Program-made: the position numbers and the translations under genes
Assembly (NCBI GenBank): GCA_036381015.1
Contig: DASVDR010000001.1
Span: 5,325-69,324 of the forward strand
DNA: 64,000 nt
Reading direction: 5' to 3'
Origin: Gammaproteobacteria bacterium
GTDB taxonomy: Bacteria > Pseudomonadota > Gammaproteobacteria > Steroidobacterales > Rariloculaceae
The notes under the pieces: model-generated
What the model saw: only the letters and a program-made list of their open reading frames with translations
Database searches by the model: none
What the model was told of the DNA's origin: nothing
In this document: in pieces, positions 27,311 to 35,252 of the stretch
Position numbering within the stretch: position 1 is the first letter of the stretch
How the letters are laid out: the number at the start of each line of letters is the position of its first letter

Positions 27311-27761
27311 CGAGGTCCCGCCCTTGTAGATCGAGATCGAGCTGCATCGACGCGATCTCGCTCGTCGCGCGCACGCGGTACTCGAGGCGCACGGCGAGGC
27401 GGCCGCTCTCGGCGTCGATGTCGGCACCGGGCTCCGTGACGAGCGAGAGGATGTCGATGCGCGGCTCCCATCGCGTCAGCGCGCTGCGTATGTAGTGAAT
27501 CGCGAGCCCCGCGGTCGCGGCGTCGTTCGGCTCGAACGCGAGCCGATGCAACGGACAGCCGTAGTCCGGGCGCATGAGGCGCTCGCCGGGGCGCGTGGAC
27601 AGCAGGATCATGATCGCCTGCCGGATCGCGGCCGAGCCCTCGAGCAGCGCGAGCCCGCCCGAGGCGGACAGCTGGAACCCCGCCGAGGCGGACGCCTCGC
27701 CGCCGCCCGCATCGAACGGCAGGTCGAAGCGCACTGTCCGGAGCTTCGCGGCGGCGTTCAT
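27291..27761 (-). CDS. GPW/gp25-family baseplate wedge protein (Afp9-like)
   Basis: Start at ATG 27761, forming an ATGA overlap with the upstream stop. 156 aa. Family core is AIRQAIMILLSTRPGERLMRPDYGCPLHRLAFEP. Confidence 0.85.
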   Translation of the reverse strand: MNAAAKLRTVRFDLPFDAGGGEASASAGFQLSASGGLALLEGSAAIRQAIMILLSTRPGERLMRPDYGCPLHRLAFEPNDAATAGLAIHYIRSALTRWEPRIDILSLVTEPGADIDAESGRLAVRLEYRVRATSEIASMQLDLDLQGRDLDAVSDA

Positions 27762-28099
27762 TCGCCGCTCACCCAATTCTGCCCGCTGCGGTGCACGGAG
27801 TAATGCACCCGTCCGGGCGGCGTCCCGTCCGTCAACCCCTCGACGGACGAGAGGCAGATCGGCCGCCCGGAGATGCGCACGAAGGCCGAGTACCCTTTGT
27901 CGACCTTCAGCGTCTTCAGGCAAGGCTTGATGCCCGCGGGCGGATTGTAGTTCTTGCAGTTATGTATCGTGCGGCCGACGGGATCGCCGTGGACCAGCAC
28001 CGGCACGTCCTCGATGCGAACGAACGACTGCCGCGCTTTGGGGTCGGCACGGCCTTCGTGCTCGCAAAGAAAGTAGGCGTCTTTCGTCAGGACCAGCAT
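27758..28099 (-). CDS. small PAAR-like spike-tip protein (Afp10 position)
   Basis: 113 aa, SD GGAGAGG, placed between the spike and gp25 genes. The beta-rich segments VLVHGDPVG and VRISGRPICLSS resemble PAAR-type repeats, but no canonical PAAR motif is present. The call rests on position and size. Confidence 0.5.
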   Translation of the reverse strand: MLVLTKDAYFLCEHEGRADPKARQSFVRIEDVPVLVHGDPVGRTIHNCKNYNPPAGIKPCLKTLKVDKGYSAFVRISGRPICLSSVEGLTDGTPPGRVHYSVHRSGQNWVSGE

Positions 28100-28102
28100 C
28101 CG

Positions 28103-29626
28103 CTAACCTCTCCGGAAGTCGATTCTGTCGGCAACGATCGTGATGCGCCGGCCCGGCGCCGCGATGCGGAGATCCGCCTCGCTCTGCAGCACGACCCCGT
28201 CGGGATCGAGGTCGAAGACGCCGCCGCGCGATTTGAGCTCGATGGCGCCTTGCTGGTCGTCGAGGCGCAGCAGCTGTCCGCCGCTCGTGCGCAGCGAGCA
28301 CGGCCGCGGCCGGTTCTGGCCCACGTCGTCGTCGTGCAGCGGATGGGCGCCGAACAGGCCACCGATCACGACGCCCTGCGCCGGATTGTCGTTCGCAAAT
28401 GCAACGAGCACGTCGTCGCCTTCCTCGGGCTGCAGCACGAATCCTTTGCTCGCCCCGGCGCCCAAGCTGCAGACGTTGAGCCAATCCGACTCGGCGTCCT
28501 TGAACGCCTTGAGCCGGACCTTGACCCTGCCGGCGCGTGCCGGATCGTTCGTATCGCTCACGACCCCGACGCTGATGGCGGGTCCGATCCGCCGCTCGGG
28601 GTCCGCCGGCGGCTCCGAGGAAAGCGCGCAGACATAGCCGCTCTCCGCGGCGTAGCGATGCTCGACGCGCGTCAACGCGAATTCGCCCTCGAGGCCGTCA
28701 CGCTGCCCTTTGAGCGCGATCCGAGCGCCGGGCTTGAGGCGCGCGTCGCCCTCGGCGAGCCCTTCGAAGCGGTAGGCGCGCTTCACGGCCCGCTCGAGAT
28801 CGGCCTGCGCGACCCGCGACACGACGTCTTCGCTTTGCGGTCCGGCGCCGCCGACGATGTCTCTGCCGATCTCCTTCAGGCTCGCCGGCGCGGTCTCCCA
28901 GTCGCGCTCGACGTCGAGCGTCAGATCCAGGGCCGAGGCGCTGTACGTCTCGACGTTGAGCGGGTTCCAGGCGCACGCCGTCGCTTCCGTGCGGAGCGAG
29001 AGGGCGTCCGATTCGATCGACGCTTCGAAGAGGTTCTCGTCGAGGCCGAGCTCGATAGGGGGGCCGCTCCAGCCTTCGAGGGACATGAGCCGAAGCGTGC
29101 CGCCCTCGAGAGAGAAGTACCGGCCATAGGCCGCGCAGAGCGTCGCCATCCAGTCGAGGTCGCTGGTGTTCCATTGAATCATGAGCGGCAGCTTCGGCCC
29201 GTCCTCGTCCACGGCGATCGCAACCTCGAGGCCGAGGCCGGAAACGAGCGTCGTGACGACGCCCGCGAGCGTGTCGGGACGGCGGACGGTCATCGTCTGG
29301 CGCCGGCGAAGCTGCTCGAGCGCATCGCGTGCGCGGACCGTCAGCACGCGCAGGCCGTCCGCGCGCCTCTCGCGGCGAATCGAGGTCACGGCGCCCGCGA
29401 AAATGCGAACGCCGTTGCCGTCGGCGAGCTCGAGCTCCGCGCCGAGCCGCAGCGCGTCGGCACCGGAGGGGTCGGGATCGTGAAAGCGCAGCACGCAGAC
29501 CGACGGCTGCGAGAGCTGCTGTGACACACGCCAGCCCGACAGCGCTTCGATGAACGAAGCCGGGGCGGCTTCGCCGGCGACGCGGAACGAGAACGCGGGC
29601 TCGAAGACGTCGCGCGGCCGGCTCAT
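28103..29626 (-). CDS. VgrG-like spike/hub protein (phage gpD + gp5 OB-fold; Afp8-like)
   Basis: The track ORF (1199 aa) has a 692-aa Arg-rich false extension. The real start is ATG 29626 (ATGA overlap), giving MSRPRDVFEPAFSFRV. It has a late-control-D-like N-terminal half and a gp5 OB segment GVVSDTNDPARAGRVKVRLKAF...DWLNV...GFVLQPEEGDDVLVAFANDNPAQGVVIGGLF. Confidence 0.85.
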   Translation of the reverse strand: MSRPRDVFEPAFSFRVAGEAAPASFIEALSGWRVSQQLSQPSVCVLRFHDPDPSGADALRLGAELELADGNGVRIFAGAVTSIRRERRADGLRVLTVRARDALEQLRRRQTMTVRRPDTLAGVVTTLVSGLGLEVAIAVDEDGPKLPLMIQWNTSDLDWMATLCAAYGRYFSLEGGTLRLMSLEGWSGPPIELGLDENLFEASIESDALSLRTEATACAWNPLNVETYSASALDLTLDVERDWETAPASLKEIGRDIVGGAGPQSEDVVSRVAQADLERAVKRAYRFEGLAEGDARLKPGARIALKGQRDGLEGEFALTRVEHRYAAESGYVCALSSEPPADPERRIGPAISVGVVSDTNDPARAGRVKVRLKAFKDAESDWLNVCSLGAGASKGFVLQPEEGDDVLVAFANDNPAQGVVIGGLFGAHPLHDDDVGQNRPRPCSLRTSGGQLLRLDDQQGAIELKSRGGVFDLDPDGVVLQSEADLRIAAPGRRITIVADRIDFRRG

Positions 29627-30486
29627 GGCGTGTTCCCCCGCAGCACGTCGGGCGGCGGCGTCAGCAAGACACGCCCCGGCTCGAGAGACCAGAAGTCGTC
29701 CACGCCGTTGAACTCGAGCAGCGGATGCAGGAGGCGCAGGTCGCCGTAGACGCTGTCGCAAATCAGATCCGGCCGTGAGCTCGACGTCGGGTCCGTCAAC
29801 ACGACGGATTCCGGCAACGACGCCGGCGCACGGGCGCTCGCCGACGTGGTCAGCGTTGTCGAGAGATCGGGCGCACGGGCCGCTCGCTCCGGCAAGCGCG
29901 TGCGGCGCAGGTGAATCCGCATCCAGCTGCGAAGCGGCGTGCCGTCCGAGGCGAACTGATCGAACCGCTCCGCGACGGCGAGCGCGACGCACGGGACGTT
30001 CCATGCGGCGCCCCAGATGAAGTAGACGATCGGCGGTCCCGTGGACGCGGCATCGCCTTCGCCGTTCTCCGTCAATCTCCAGAGCGGACCGCTGAGCTCT
30101 CTGACGTCCTTGACGGCGAGCGGTGCCGCGGGCGGCGCTCTCGTGACGTCGCTCTCGCTCGACGCCCCCTCCACCGGGAGCGACAGGGGCGCTCGCGCCT
30201 CGGCCGGCGGCGCTTGCAGATGGGTGCGAAAATCCGGCGCTTGCGAGAACGACGGCGAGCTGCGCGCGAGCAAGTCCACGTCGAAGAGCAGATTGAGCTT
30301 GAGGTCCGTGATCCCGCCGCCCACATGGATCATCGGATCGTCGGACCGGTGCGCGGCGGCGAGCGGCCGGTCGCGCCATTGACGCGTGCGGACTCCCGAC
30401 TGGCGCTCGAACGTGAGCTCGTCGGGATTGACCATGGCGAAGACGCGCTCGCCCGTTTGCTCGATCAGAAAGGCAACGCGTTCCAT
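29623..30486 (-). CDS. CIS tube-like / tube-initiator protein with a C-terminal LysM-like domain (P2 gpX / Afp7-like)
   Basis: Start at ATG 30486 (MERVAFLIEQTGERVFAMVNPDELTFER...VGGGITDLKLNLLFD is a tube-fold N-terminus). The C-terminus RPDLICDSVYGDLRLLHPLLEFNGVDDFWSLEPGRVLLTPP is LysM-like. Confidence 0.8.
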   Translation of the reverse strand: MERVAFLIEQTGERVFAMVNPDELTFERQSGVRTRQWRDRPLAAAHRSDDPMIHVGGGITDLKLNLLFDVDLLARSSPSFSQAPDFRTHLQAPPAEARAPLSLPVEGASSESDVTRAPPAAPLAVKDVRELSGPLWRLTENGEGDAASTGPPIVYFIWGAAWNVPCVALAVAERFDQFASDGTPLRSWMRIHLRRTRLPERAARAPDLSTTLTTSASARAPASLPESVVLTDPTSSSRPDLICDSVYGDLRLLHPLLEFNGVDDFWSLEPGRVLLTPPPDVLRGNTP

Positions 30487-31739
30487 CGATCCGGTCTCTC
30501 CGTGCGCAGCGGCTCGGCGAAGTACGATCGCGCGCCGTCGTCGGCAGGCCCGGCGTCGGGACCGGCGCCCCGGCTCGCGGGCAGCTCGGGCCATTTCGGC
30601 TCGTCGGGCCTGCTCGCCGTGATGACGGCGTTGGCGAGGGCTGCGATGGCCGTCGCCGCCGGCGTTCTCGGCGTTTCGAATCGCGGCGGCGTTTCGAATC
30701 GCGGCGGTCGGCTCGACTCGCCGGCCGGGTGCTCAGCGGCCCGCGGTCGAGCGGGCAGCGGTTGTCGCCGCGTACCGCCGTCCCGATTCGGCGCCGCCGT
30801 CGAGGCCGCGGTGGGTGCGAATCGGCTCGCCTCGGCGCCGCTCGCGGCGGCAGGTGCCGGGCGGTGCATCGGCGCTGCCCGCCGTCGCACGGGATCCGCC
30901 TCGTAGTGCGCCGGACGGGCCGGCGAAGCCGCTCGATCGGGAGGCGGAGCCAGCGTTGCGTCGGCTTCGGCGCGGTGTGCCCGCGCGATCCGGCCGAAGC
31001 CGGGCGCGCTCCCGGCGGGGTCCGTCGAGCCGGTGTGGCCGGAGGAGCCGGCAGGGAAGCGGAAGCGAGTCGATACGCGTGGAGTCTGTTCGGCCGTTTC
31101 GGCCGTCCCGACCTGACGAAAGTCAGGAAGGCCGTCCCGGCGCGGCCCGGTGCCGGCGGCGGCGACATGGCCGGCTCCCGCCTTCGGCCCTTGCTCCGCC
31201 GCGGCCCGGGGGCGGAAGCGCGGGCGCACCACGAATCGATCCGACAGCCGCGCGACGCGCGACGGACCATCCGCGGGGCCGCCAACGGGGCCGTCAAGGG
31301 TGCCGCGAACGGGGCCGCCCACCGGGCCGCCCGGCGAGCCGCGCAAGGCGTGGGCCGACGCACGGCCGGGCGGTCGGGCCGGCGATTCGTCTCCGCGCTC
31401 CGCGCGAGCCGGCTCGCGCGTGCGGAGCGCGCCGCGGGTCCGCTGCTCTGCCGTCGCGTCGTCGGCGCTGCCTGCCGCATCGTTCGGACTCGCGGCCTCG
31501 GAAGCCGCTGCCGTGGACGCGCGAGTGTCGCTCGTGGAGAGGCCCGACGTGCGCTCGGCAACGAAGCGGAGCCAGTGGTCGGGTGCGTCGGGATAGCGGC
31601 GGCGCAGCGCCGCGAGCGTTCGTTCGAGCGGATCGCGCCCCGGCGCGCCGTCGGTTCCGGCTCGCCCCGCGCTGCGTCGCTCGAGCGCCTCGGCGGCGGC
31701 ACGCAGCCATCGCGCGACGAATGCGCCGACGTCGTTCAC
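30465..31739 (-). CDS. low-complexity Pro/Ala/Arg/Gly-rich protein in the tape-measure slot (putative tail-length determinant)
   Basis: GTG start. 424 aa filling the only gene-sized gap between the tube and gpX-like genes. Its composition (D/E present) is more protein-like than the two alternative frames, which are Arg-rich. The ends look structured (N: FVARWLRAAAEALE; C: AIAALANAVITASRPDEPKWPELP...RPDRWNALPF). Confidence 0.55.
   Translation of the reverse strand: MNDVGAFVARWLRAAAEALERRSAGRAGTDGAPGRDPLERTLAALRRRYPDAPDHWLRFVAERTSGLSTSDTRASTAAASEAASPNDAAGSADDATAEQRTRGALRTREPARAERGDESPARPPGRASAHALRGSPGGPVGGPVRGTLDGPVGGPADGPSRVARLSDRFVVRPRFRPRAAAEQGPKAGAGHVAAAGTGPRRDGLPDFRQVGTAETAEQTPRVSTRFRFPAGSSGHTGSTDPAGSAPGFGRIARAHRAEADATLAPPPDRAASPARPAHYEADPVRRRAAPMHRPAPAAASGAEASRFAPTAASTAAPNRDGGTRRQPLPARPRAAEHPAGESSRPPRFETPPRFETPRTPAATAIAALANAVITASRPDEPKWPELPASRGAGPDAGPADDGARSYFAEPLRTERPDRWNALPF
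30671..30706. repeat. 2 x 18-bp perfect tandem repeat (encodes PPRFET PPRFET)
   Basis: gcgtttcgaatcgcggcg occurs twice in tandem. Confidence 0.8.
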
Positions 31740-31771
31740 GTCATTCCGCCCGCATCAGGTCATCAGCCCCA

Positions 31772-32248
31772 TCAGGAGCGTGACGACGCGTCTCTCGAAA
31801 TGCCTTCGTAGATGAGCTTGATCTCCTCGATGGCCGCCTCCGTGCCGGCCGCATGCAGCGACGGGGCGGTGAGCTGCGTGATCCATGCGCCGGAAAGATT
31901 GATGTTGAATTCCGGCGTCACGCCGTCGGGTTGCAGCATGACGACGGAGACTTCGCGGCGCTTGACCACGCCGCGCTTCGCCTCCTCGAACCAGTCCCAC
32001 AGGACGCTCGCGGACTGCGTGACCCCATACCGGAACGTCGCCTCGTTGTAGTCGACGCGGCCGGTCAGGTAGCGCACGGTCTCTCCGGCGCCGCCCGAGC
32101 AGAAGCGGATCGGAGTGACTCGCGCGCCGAGCCCGTAGCATTCGGTAAAGAGCACGCGATCGCCGGCGCCGAGGTCGACGATGAAGTTGTAATTCCGCAA
32201 GGGCTCGAGCCTCGCGACCGTCGCGGACTGCTTCTCAGCTTCTGGCAC
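31772..32248 (-). CDS. contractile tail tube protein (T4 gp19-type / Afp1-like)
   Basis: GTG start with SD AAGGAGA. 158 aa. The N-terminus LRNYNFIVDLG...FTECYGLG is typical of the eCIS/phage tube family. Confidence 0.85.
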   Translation of the reverse strand: MPEAEKQSATVARLEPLRNYNFIVDLGAGDRVLFTECYGLGARVTPIRFCSGGAGETVRYLTGRVDYNEATFRYGVTQSASVLWDWFEEAKRGVVKRREVSVVMLQPDGVTPEFNINLSGAWITQLTAPSLHAAGTEAAIEEIKLIYEGISRDASSRS

Positions 32249-32310
32249 GGCTTGTCTCCTTTATAGGCCGCTCGCGTACGAATGTAGATCGCTCATGCAC
32301 GAACGCGGCG

Positions 32311-33501
32311 TCATGCGGCTTCGAGGTACGCGCCCGACGGCGTCTGACCGATCTTGAAGATGACGAATTCCGCCGGCTTCACCGGGGCGACGCCGATGAC
32401 CGTGATGACCTGTCCGGCATCGATCGTCTCTTGCGGGTTCGTCTCGCGGTCGCATTTGACGAAGAACGCCTCCTCGGGCGTCGCCCCCATGAGCGCGCCT
32501 TGCCGCCAGAGGATCGTCAGGAACGCCGAGACGTCGCGCTTGATCTTCGCCCACAGGAAGTAATCGTTCGGCTCGAACACGACCCAGCCCGTGCCGCGCT
32601 CGATGGAAAGGCGGATCAGCATCATGAGCCGCTTGACGTTCACGTAGCGGTTCTCGCTGGACGAGGCGGCCAAGGTGCGCGCGCCGTAGAGCTTGACGCC
32701 TTCGCGCGAGAAGAACCGCAGGCAGTTCACGCTGGCAGGATTCAGGACCGCCTGATCCGCTTTCGTGATCGGCTGCGTCACGTCGAGCGCGCCGCGCACG
32801 ATCTCGTTGGCCGGCGCCTTGTGCACGCCGCGGCGGAAGTCGGTGCGCGCATAGATGCCGGCGACGTAGCCCGACGGGTAGGTTTCGATGATCTGATTCG
32901 GATCGAGCGCGTCCCGCGTCACGATGCCGCACGCGATCTGTGCGCCGCAGCCCTGCGGGGACTCGCGGGCGCGAAGCCCGCCTTTCGAGCCTTCAGCTTC
33001 CGCGTCCTCCGGCGGTTTCGCGCTCACGCGTGCGACCTGCGTCAACCGGTTGATGTCGGGCACGTGGAGCGGGGAATCCAGGATCGCAAACCGGTCGCCC
33101 GTTTTCTCCGCCGAGGTCAGCAACGCGTCATAGGATTTCGCGTCCGTCTTGCCCGGCGCGGCGATGATGGCGACGTCGTCGAGCTTCTCGAGCACGTCGA
33201 GACCCTTGCCGTTGCCGGTGATCGCGTCGTCCTGCCCCGTATTGACGATGTAGCAACGCGCGCCGCCGTTCAGGAAAAATCCGAGCACGGCCTGTGCCAA
33301 TGGCGTCGACTTGTCCTTTTCGCCGACGTACAGCGAGCGGAACTGCGTCCAATTCGTCACGGCCACGGCCTCGTTCACGCGCGCATCGATCTTCGGCGCT
33401 TGGCCGACGAAGCCGGCCGTGCTGGTCCCGACGGCCTCGATGGGGCGGGCGCCGCTTTCGACCTCCTCGACGTAGACGCCGGGACTCAGGTATTCAGCCA
33501 T
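32311..33501 (-). CDS. contractile tail sheath protein (Afp2-like)
   Basis: 396 aa. The hallmark N-terminus is MAEYLSPGVYVEEV. Further motifs are PSGYVAGIYARTD and RYVNVKRLMMLI. SD GAGGAGACGGAG. Confidence 0.9.
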   Translation of the reverse strand: MAEYLSPGVYVEEVESGARPIEAVGTSTAGFVGQAPKIDARVNEAVAVTNWTQFRSLYVGEKDKSTPLAQAVLGFFLNGGARCYIVNTGQDDAITGNGKGLDVLEKLDDVAIIAAPGKTDAKSYDALLTSAEKTGDRFAILDSPLHVPDINRLTQVARVSAKPPEDAEAEGSKGGLRARESPQGCGAQIACGIVTRDALDPNQIIETYPSGYVAGIYARTDFRRGVHKAPANEIVRGALDVTQPITKADQAVLNPASVNCLRFFSREGVKLYGARTLAASSSENRYVNVKRLMMLIRLSIERGTGWVVFEPNDYFLWAKIKRDVSAFLTILWRQGALMGATPEEAFFVKCDRETNPQETIDAGQVITVIGVAPVKPAEFVIFKIGQTPSGAYLEAA

Positions 33502-34273
33502 GCTCCGTCTCCTCTGGTATCACAACGAGAACTTCCGCCTGCTTCTCGGCATCGACCGAGACATCCACGGATCTGTCGCGGGCTCGCACGGTCAGCGACA
33601 GCGTCCCCTTCGCGGGCGCGCCCGAGATCGTGAAGCGCCCGGCGGCATCCGAGAGCACGCGCTTGTCGAGCGAGCGCGCGTCGATCTCGGCGCGCATGAC
33701 GGGGACGCCCGCCCGCGTGACGACCCTTCCGGTAATGCGTCCGAGCGGCCGCATGCGCACCTCGAGAGGATGGGTGACGATGCCGGGCGCCGAGGCCCGC
33801 TCTCTGCGTACGAGCCGCGCGGTCAAAGCGAGCGTGGCCGGACCGCCGTCGAGCGCGGGCAGGATCGCCCTTGCCCCCTGCCTCGGCGGCGACGCGATGT
33901 CGAAGTCGGCGCTCTCGTGAGCGGCAAAATAAATTGCGCTGTAGATTCGCTGGCTCGCGAAGGCGTCCGCAGCGGTCACTCTGAGCAGATACGTCAGCAG
34001 AAACGTCTCGTCTCTGTTGAGCGACGCCCGATCGGGCTTCTCGGCCGTGATGGCTTGGAAGCACACCTCGATGCGCGGCCGCGCGGCGGCGGCGTCGGGA
34101 GCCTCCGTTCCGGAAGCGGGAGCGGCCGCTTGCGCGGGGGCGGTCGTGAAGTGCGAAACGAAGGCGAGGTCGAACGCCTCCGAGCCGTGTGCGGTCGAGA
34201 TCGTATGCCTGAGCCACGCATCCAACCGGCGACTGAAGTCGTCGATATGGGCCTCGACACCAGGGACGGGCAT
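33494..34273 (-). CDS. DUF4255 (Pvc16_N / Afp16-like tail terminator-cap family) protein with a C-terminal carboxypeptidase-regulatory-like beta-sandwich
   Basis: The track ORF runs to 35482. I start at ATG 34273 (SD GAGGAGAAAGG). The N-terminus is MPVPGVEAHIDDFSRRLDAWLR...LTYLLRV. The C-terminus GRITGRVVTRAGVPVMRAEIDA...SDAAGRFTISGAPAKGTLSLTVRA fits the CarboxypepD_reg pattern. It is the first gene of the operon. Confidence 0.7.
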   Translation of the reverse strand: MPVPGVEAHIDDFSRRLDAWLRHTISTAHGSEAFDLAFVSHFTTAPAQAAAPASGTEAPDAAAARPRIEVCFQAITAEKPDRASLNRDETFLLTYLLRVTAADAFASQRIYSAIYFAAHESADFDIASPPRQGARAILPALDGGPATLALTARLVRRERASAPGIVTHPLEVRMRPLGRITGRVVTRAGVPVMRAEIDARSLDKRVLSDAAGRFTISGAPAKGTLSLTVRARDRSVDVSVDAEKQAEVLVVIPEETEHG

Positions 34274-34536
34274 CCTTTCTCCTCGAACCGCTCTCGGCGC
34301 CGCGAGCACGCACGAGGGCGATCCAATGGATCGAGACAACGATTTCGTCGCTATGCCGCAACTCTTTAGTTGTTCTGCGAAAAAACCTGCTAAGGGTTGC
34401 GGCGCGCGGATAGTTTCGTCCGGGACGAACGGGCAGGTCAAGTTTGACGTGCTATCGAACGTGCGAGCAGCGCCGGACGCGCAGAACCGTCGTGCGCTCA
34501 TACGCACGATCCGCTGCCGGCCGAGTGCCGGAGCCG

Positions 34537-35148
34537 TTACCGGCTCGAGAGATCGGGTTGCTCGGATACGACAGCGACCACGAAATCCATCACCCCACGG
34601 GCAATGAATTGCCATCTTTCGGGCGCGCTCAGATAGATGTAGGACCGATGAGCGTAGAGGCCGAAGTGCATGTTCCCGATCTTCCGCGCAACGTTCCCTT
34701 TTTCGACCGGCTTCACGAGGCGCACTGCGACGTCGGCTTCGCGACGGCTCAGTGAGATCTGCTGGCCTTGTGCCGAAAGGGAAAGCCGGATGTCCGGATA
34801 ATCTTTCCGGAAGCGTGCCACGTGCTCGGCAAACAGATGGGTGACCAGCACCGGCGGAGCGCTGAGCGTAACCCGACCCGAGAGTGGAGCGTGTGCCGAC
34901 CTGGCGAGCCGGCTGATGTCGTGCGCCGCGGATTCCATTTCCATCGCGCGCTCGAGCACATTCCTTCCGATTGCCGTGAGGCGGCATGCTCGCGGCAGCC
35001 GATCGACCAGCCGAACGTCGAGAGCCGCCTCGAGCGCGGCAAGTCGCCGACTCACGGTCGCGTGATCGACTTTGAGCTTGCGCGCGGCGCCGGAGAGCGT
35101 GCCGCTCTGCGCCACCGCGAGGAAATGGCGGATGTCTTCCCAATTCAC
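34537..35148 (-). CDS. LysR-family transcriptional regulator, apparently C-terminally truncated
   Basis: GTG start. The HTH is NWEDIRHFLAVAQSGTLSGAARKLKVDHATVSRRLAALE. It is only 203 aa where the family is usually about 300. The last ~25 aa (ARGVMDFVVAVVSEQPDLSSR) do not look LysR-like. Confidence 0.75.
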   Translation of the reverse strand: MNWEDIRHFLAVAQSGTLSGAARKLKVDHATVSRRLAALEAALDVRLVDRLPRACRLTAIGRNVLERAMEMESAAHDISRLARSAHAPLSGRVTLSAPPVLVTHLFAEHVARFRKDYPDIRLSLSAQGQQISLSRREADVAVRLVKPVEKGNVARKIGNMHFGLYAHRSYIYLSAPERWQFIARGVMDFVVAVVSEQPDLSSR

Positions 35149-35252
35149 GATCTGTGCGAAATCTCAGACACCGTCCGCGAATTTGGGGATTTTCGCATGG
35201 ATCGGACGGGCGTATTTTGCAGACTTCGTGAGAAGAACGAGCACGGAACGCC

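Noticed and set aside
29627-31702. 692-codon N-terminal extension of the spike (VgrG-like) ORF, part of the 1199-aa track ORF.
   Set aside because: It is extremely Arg/Pro/Ser-rich and overlaps the gpX-like and tape-measure-slot genes in another frame. Family similarity, and an ATGA-coupled ATG, begin at 29626.
32311-33501. Sheath segment ...SPQGCGAQIACGIVTRD..., where I expected the aromatic-rich motif usually preceding PSG.VAGIYARTD.
   Set aside because: Without an alignment I cannot tell whether this is normal family variation. No frame disruption is visible.
22525-34273. Interpreting the tail-like cluster as an ordinary myovirus prophage or as a canonical T6SS.
   Set aside because: No head, portal, terminase, integrase, lysis or replication genes are present in the ~64 kb seen. 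No TssB/TssC split sheath, Hcp, TssK/L/M or ClpV is present either. The single long sheath with an MAEYLSPGVYVEE N-terminus is of the phage/eCIS type. I cannot exclude distant genes outside the window.
34274-34536. Possible promoter elements upstream of the CIS operon: a GG...GC sigma-54-like pair near ttGGatcgccctcgtGC, and a TTGACC -35-like hexamer.
   Set aside because: The GG-to-GC spacing is 11 nt rather than the canonical 10. No acceptable -10 hexamer lies 16-18 nt after TTGACC. This is too weak to call as a feature.
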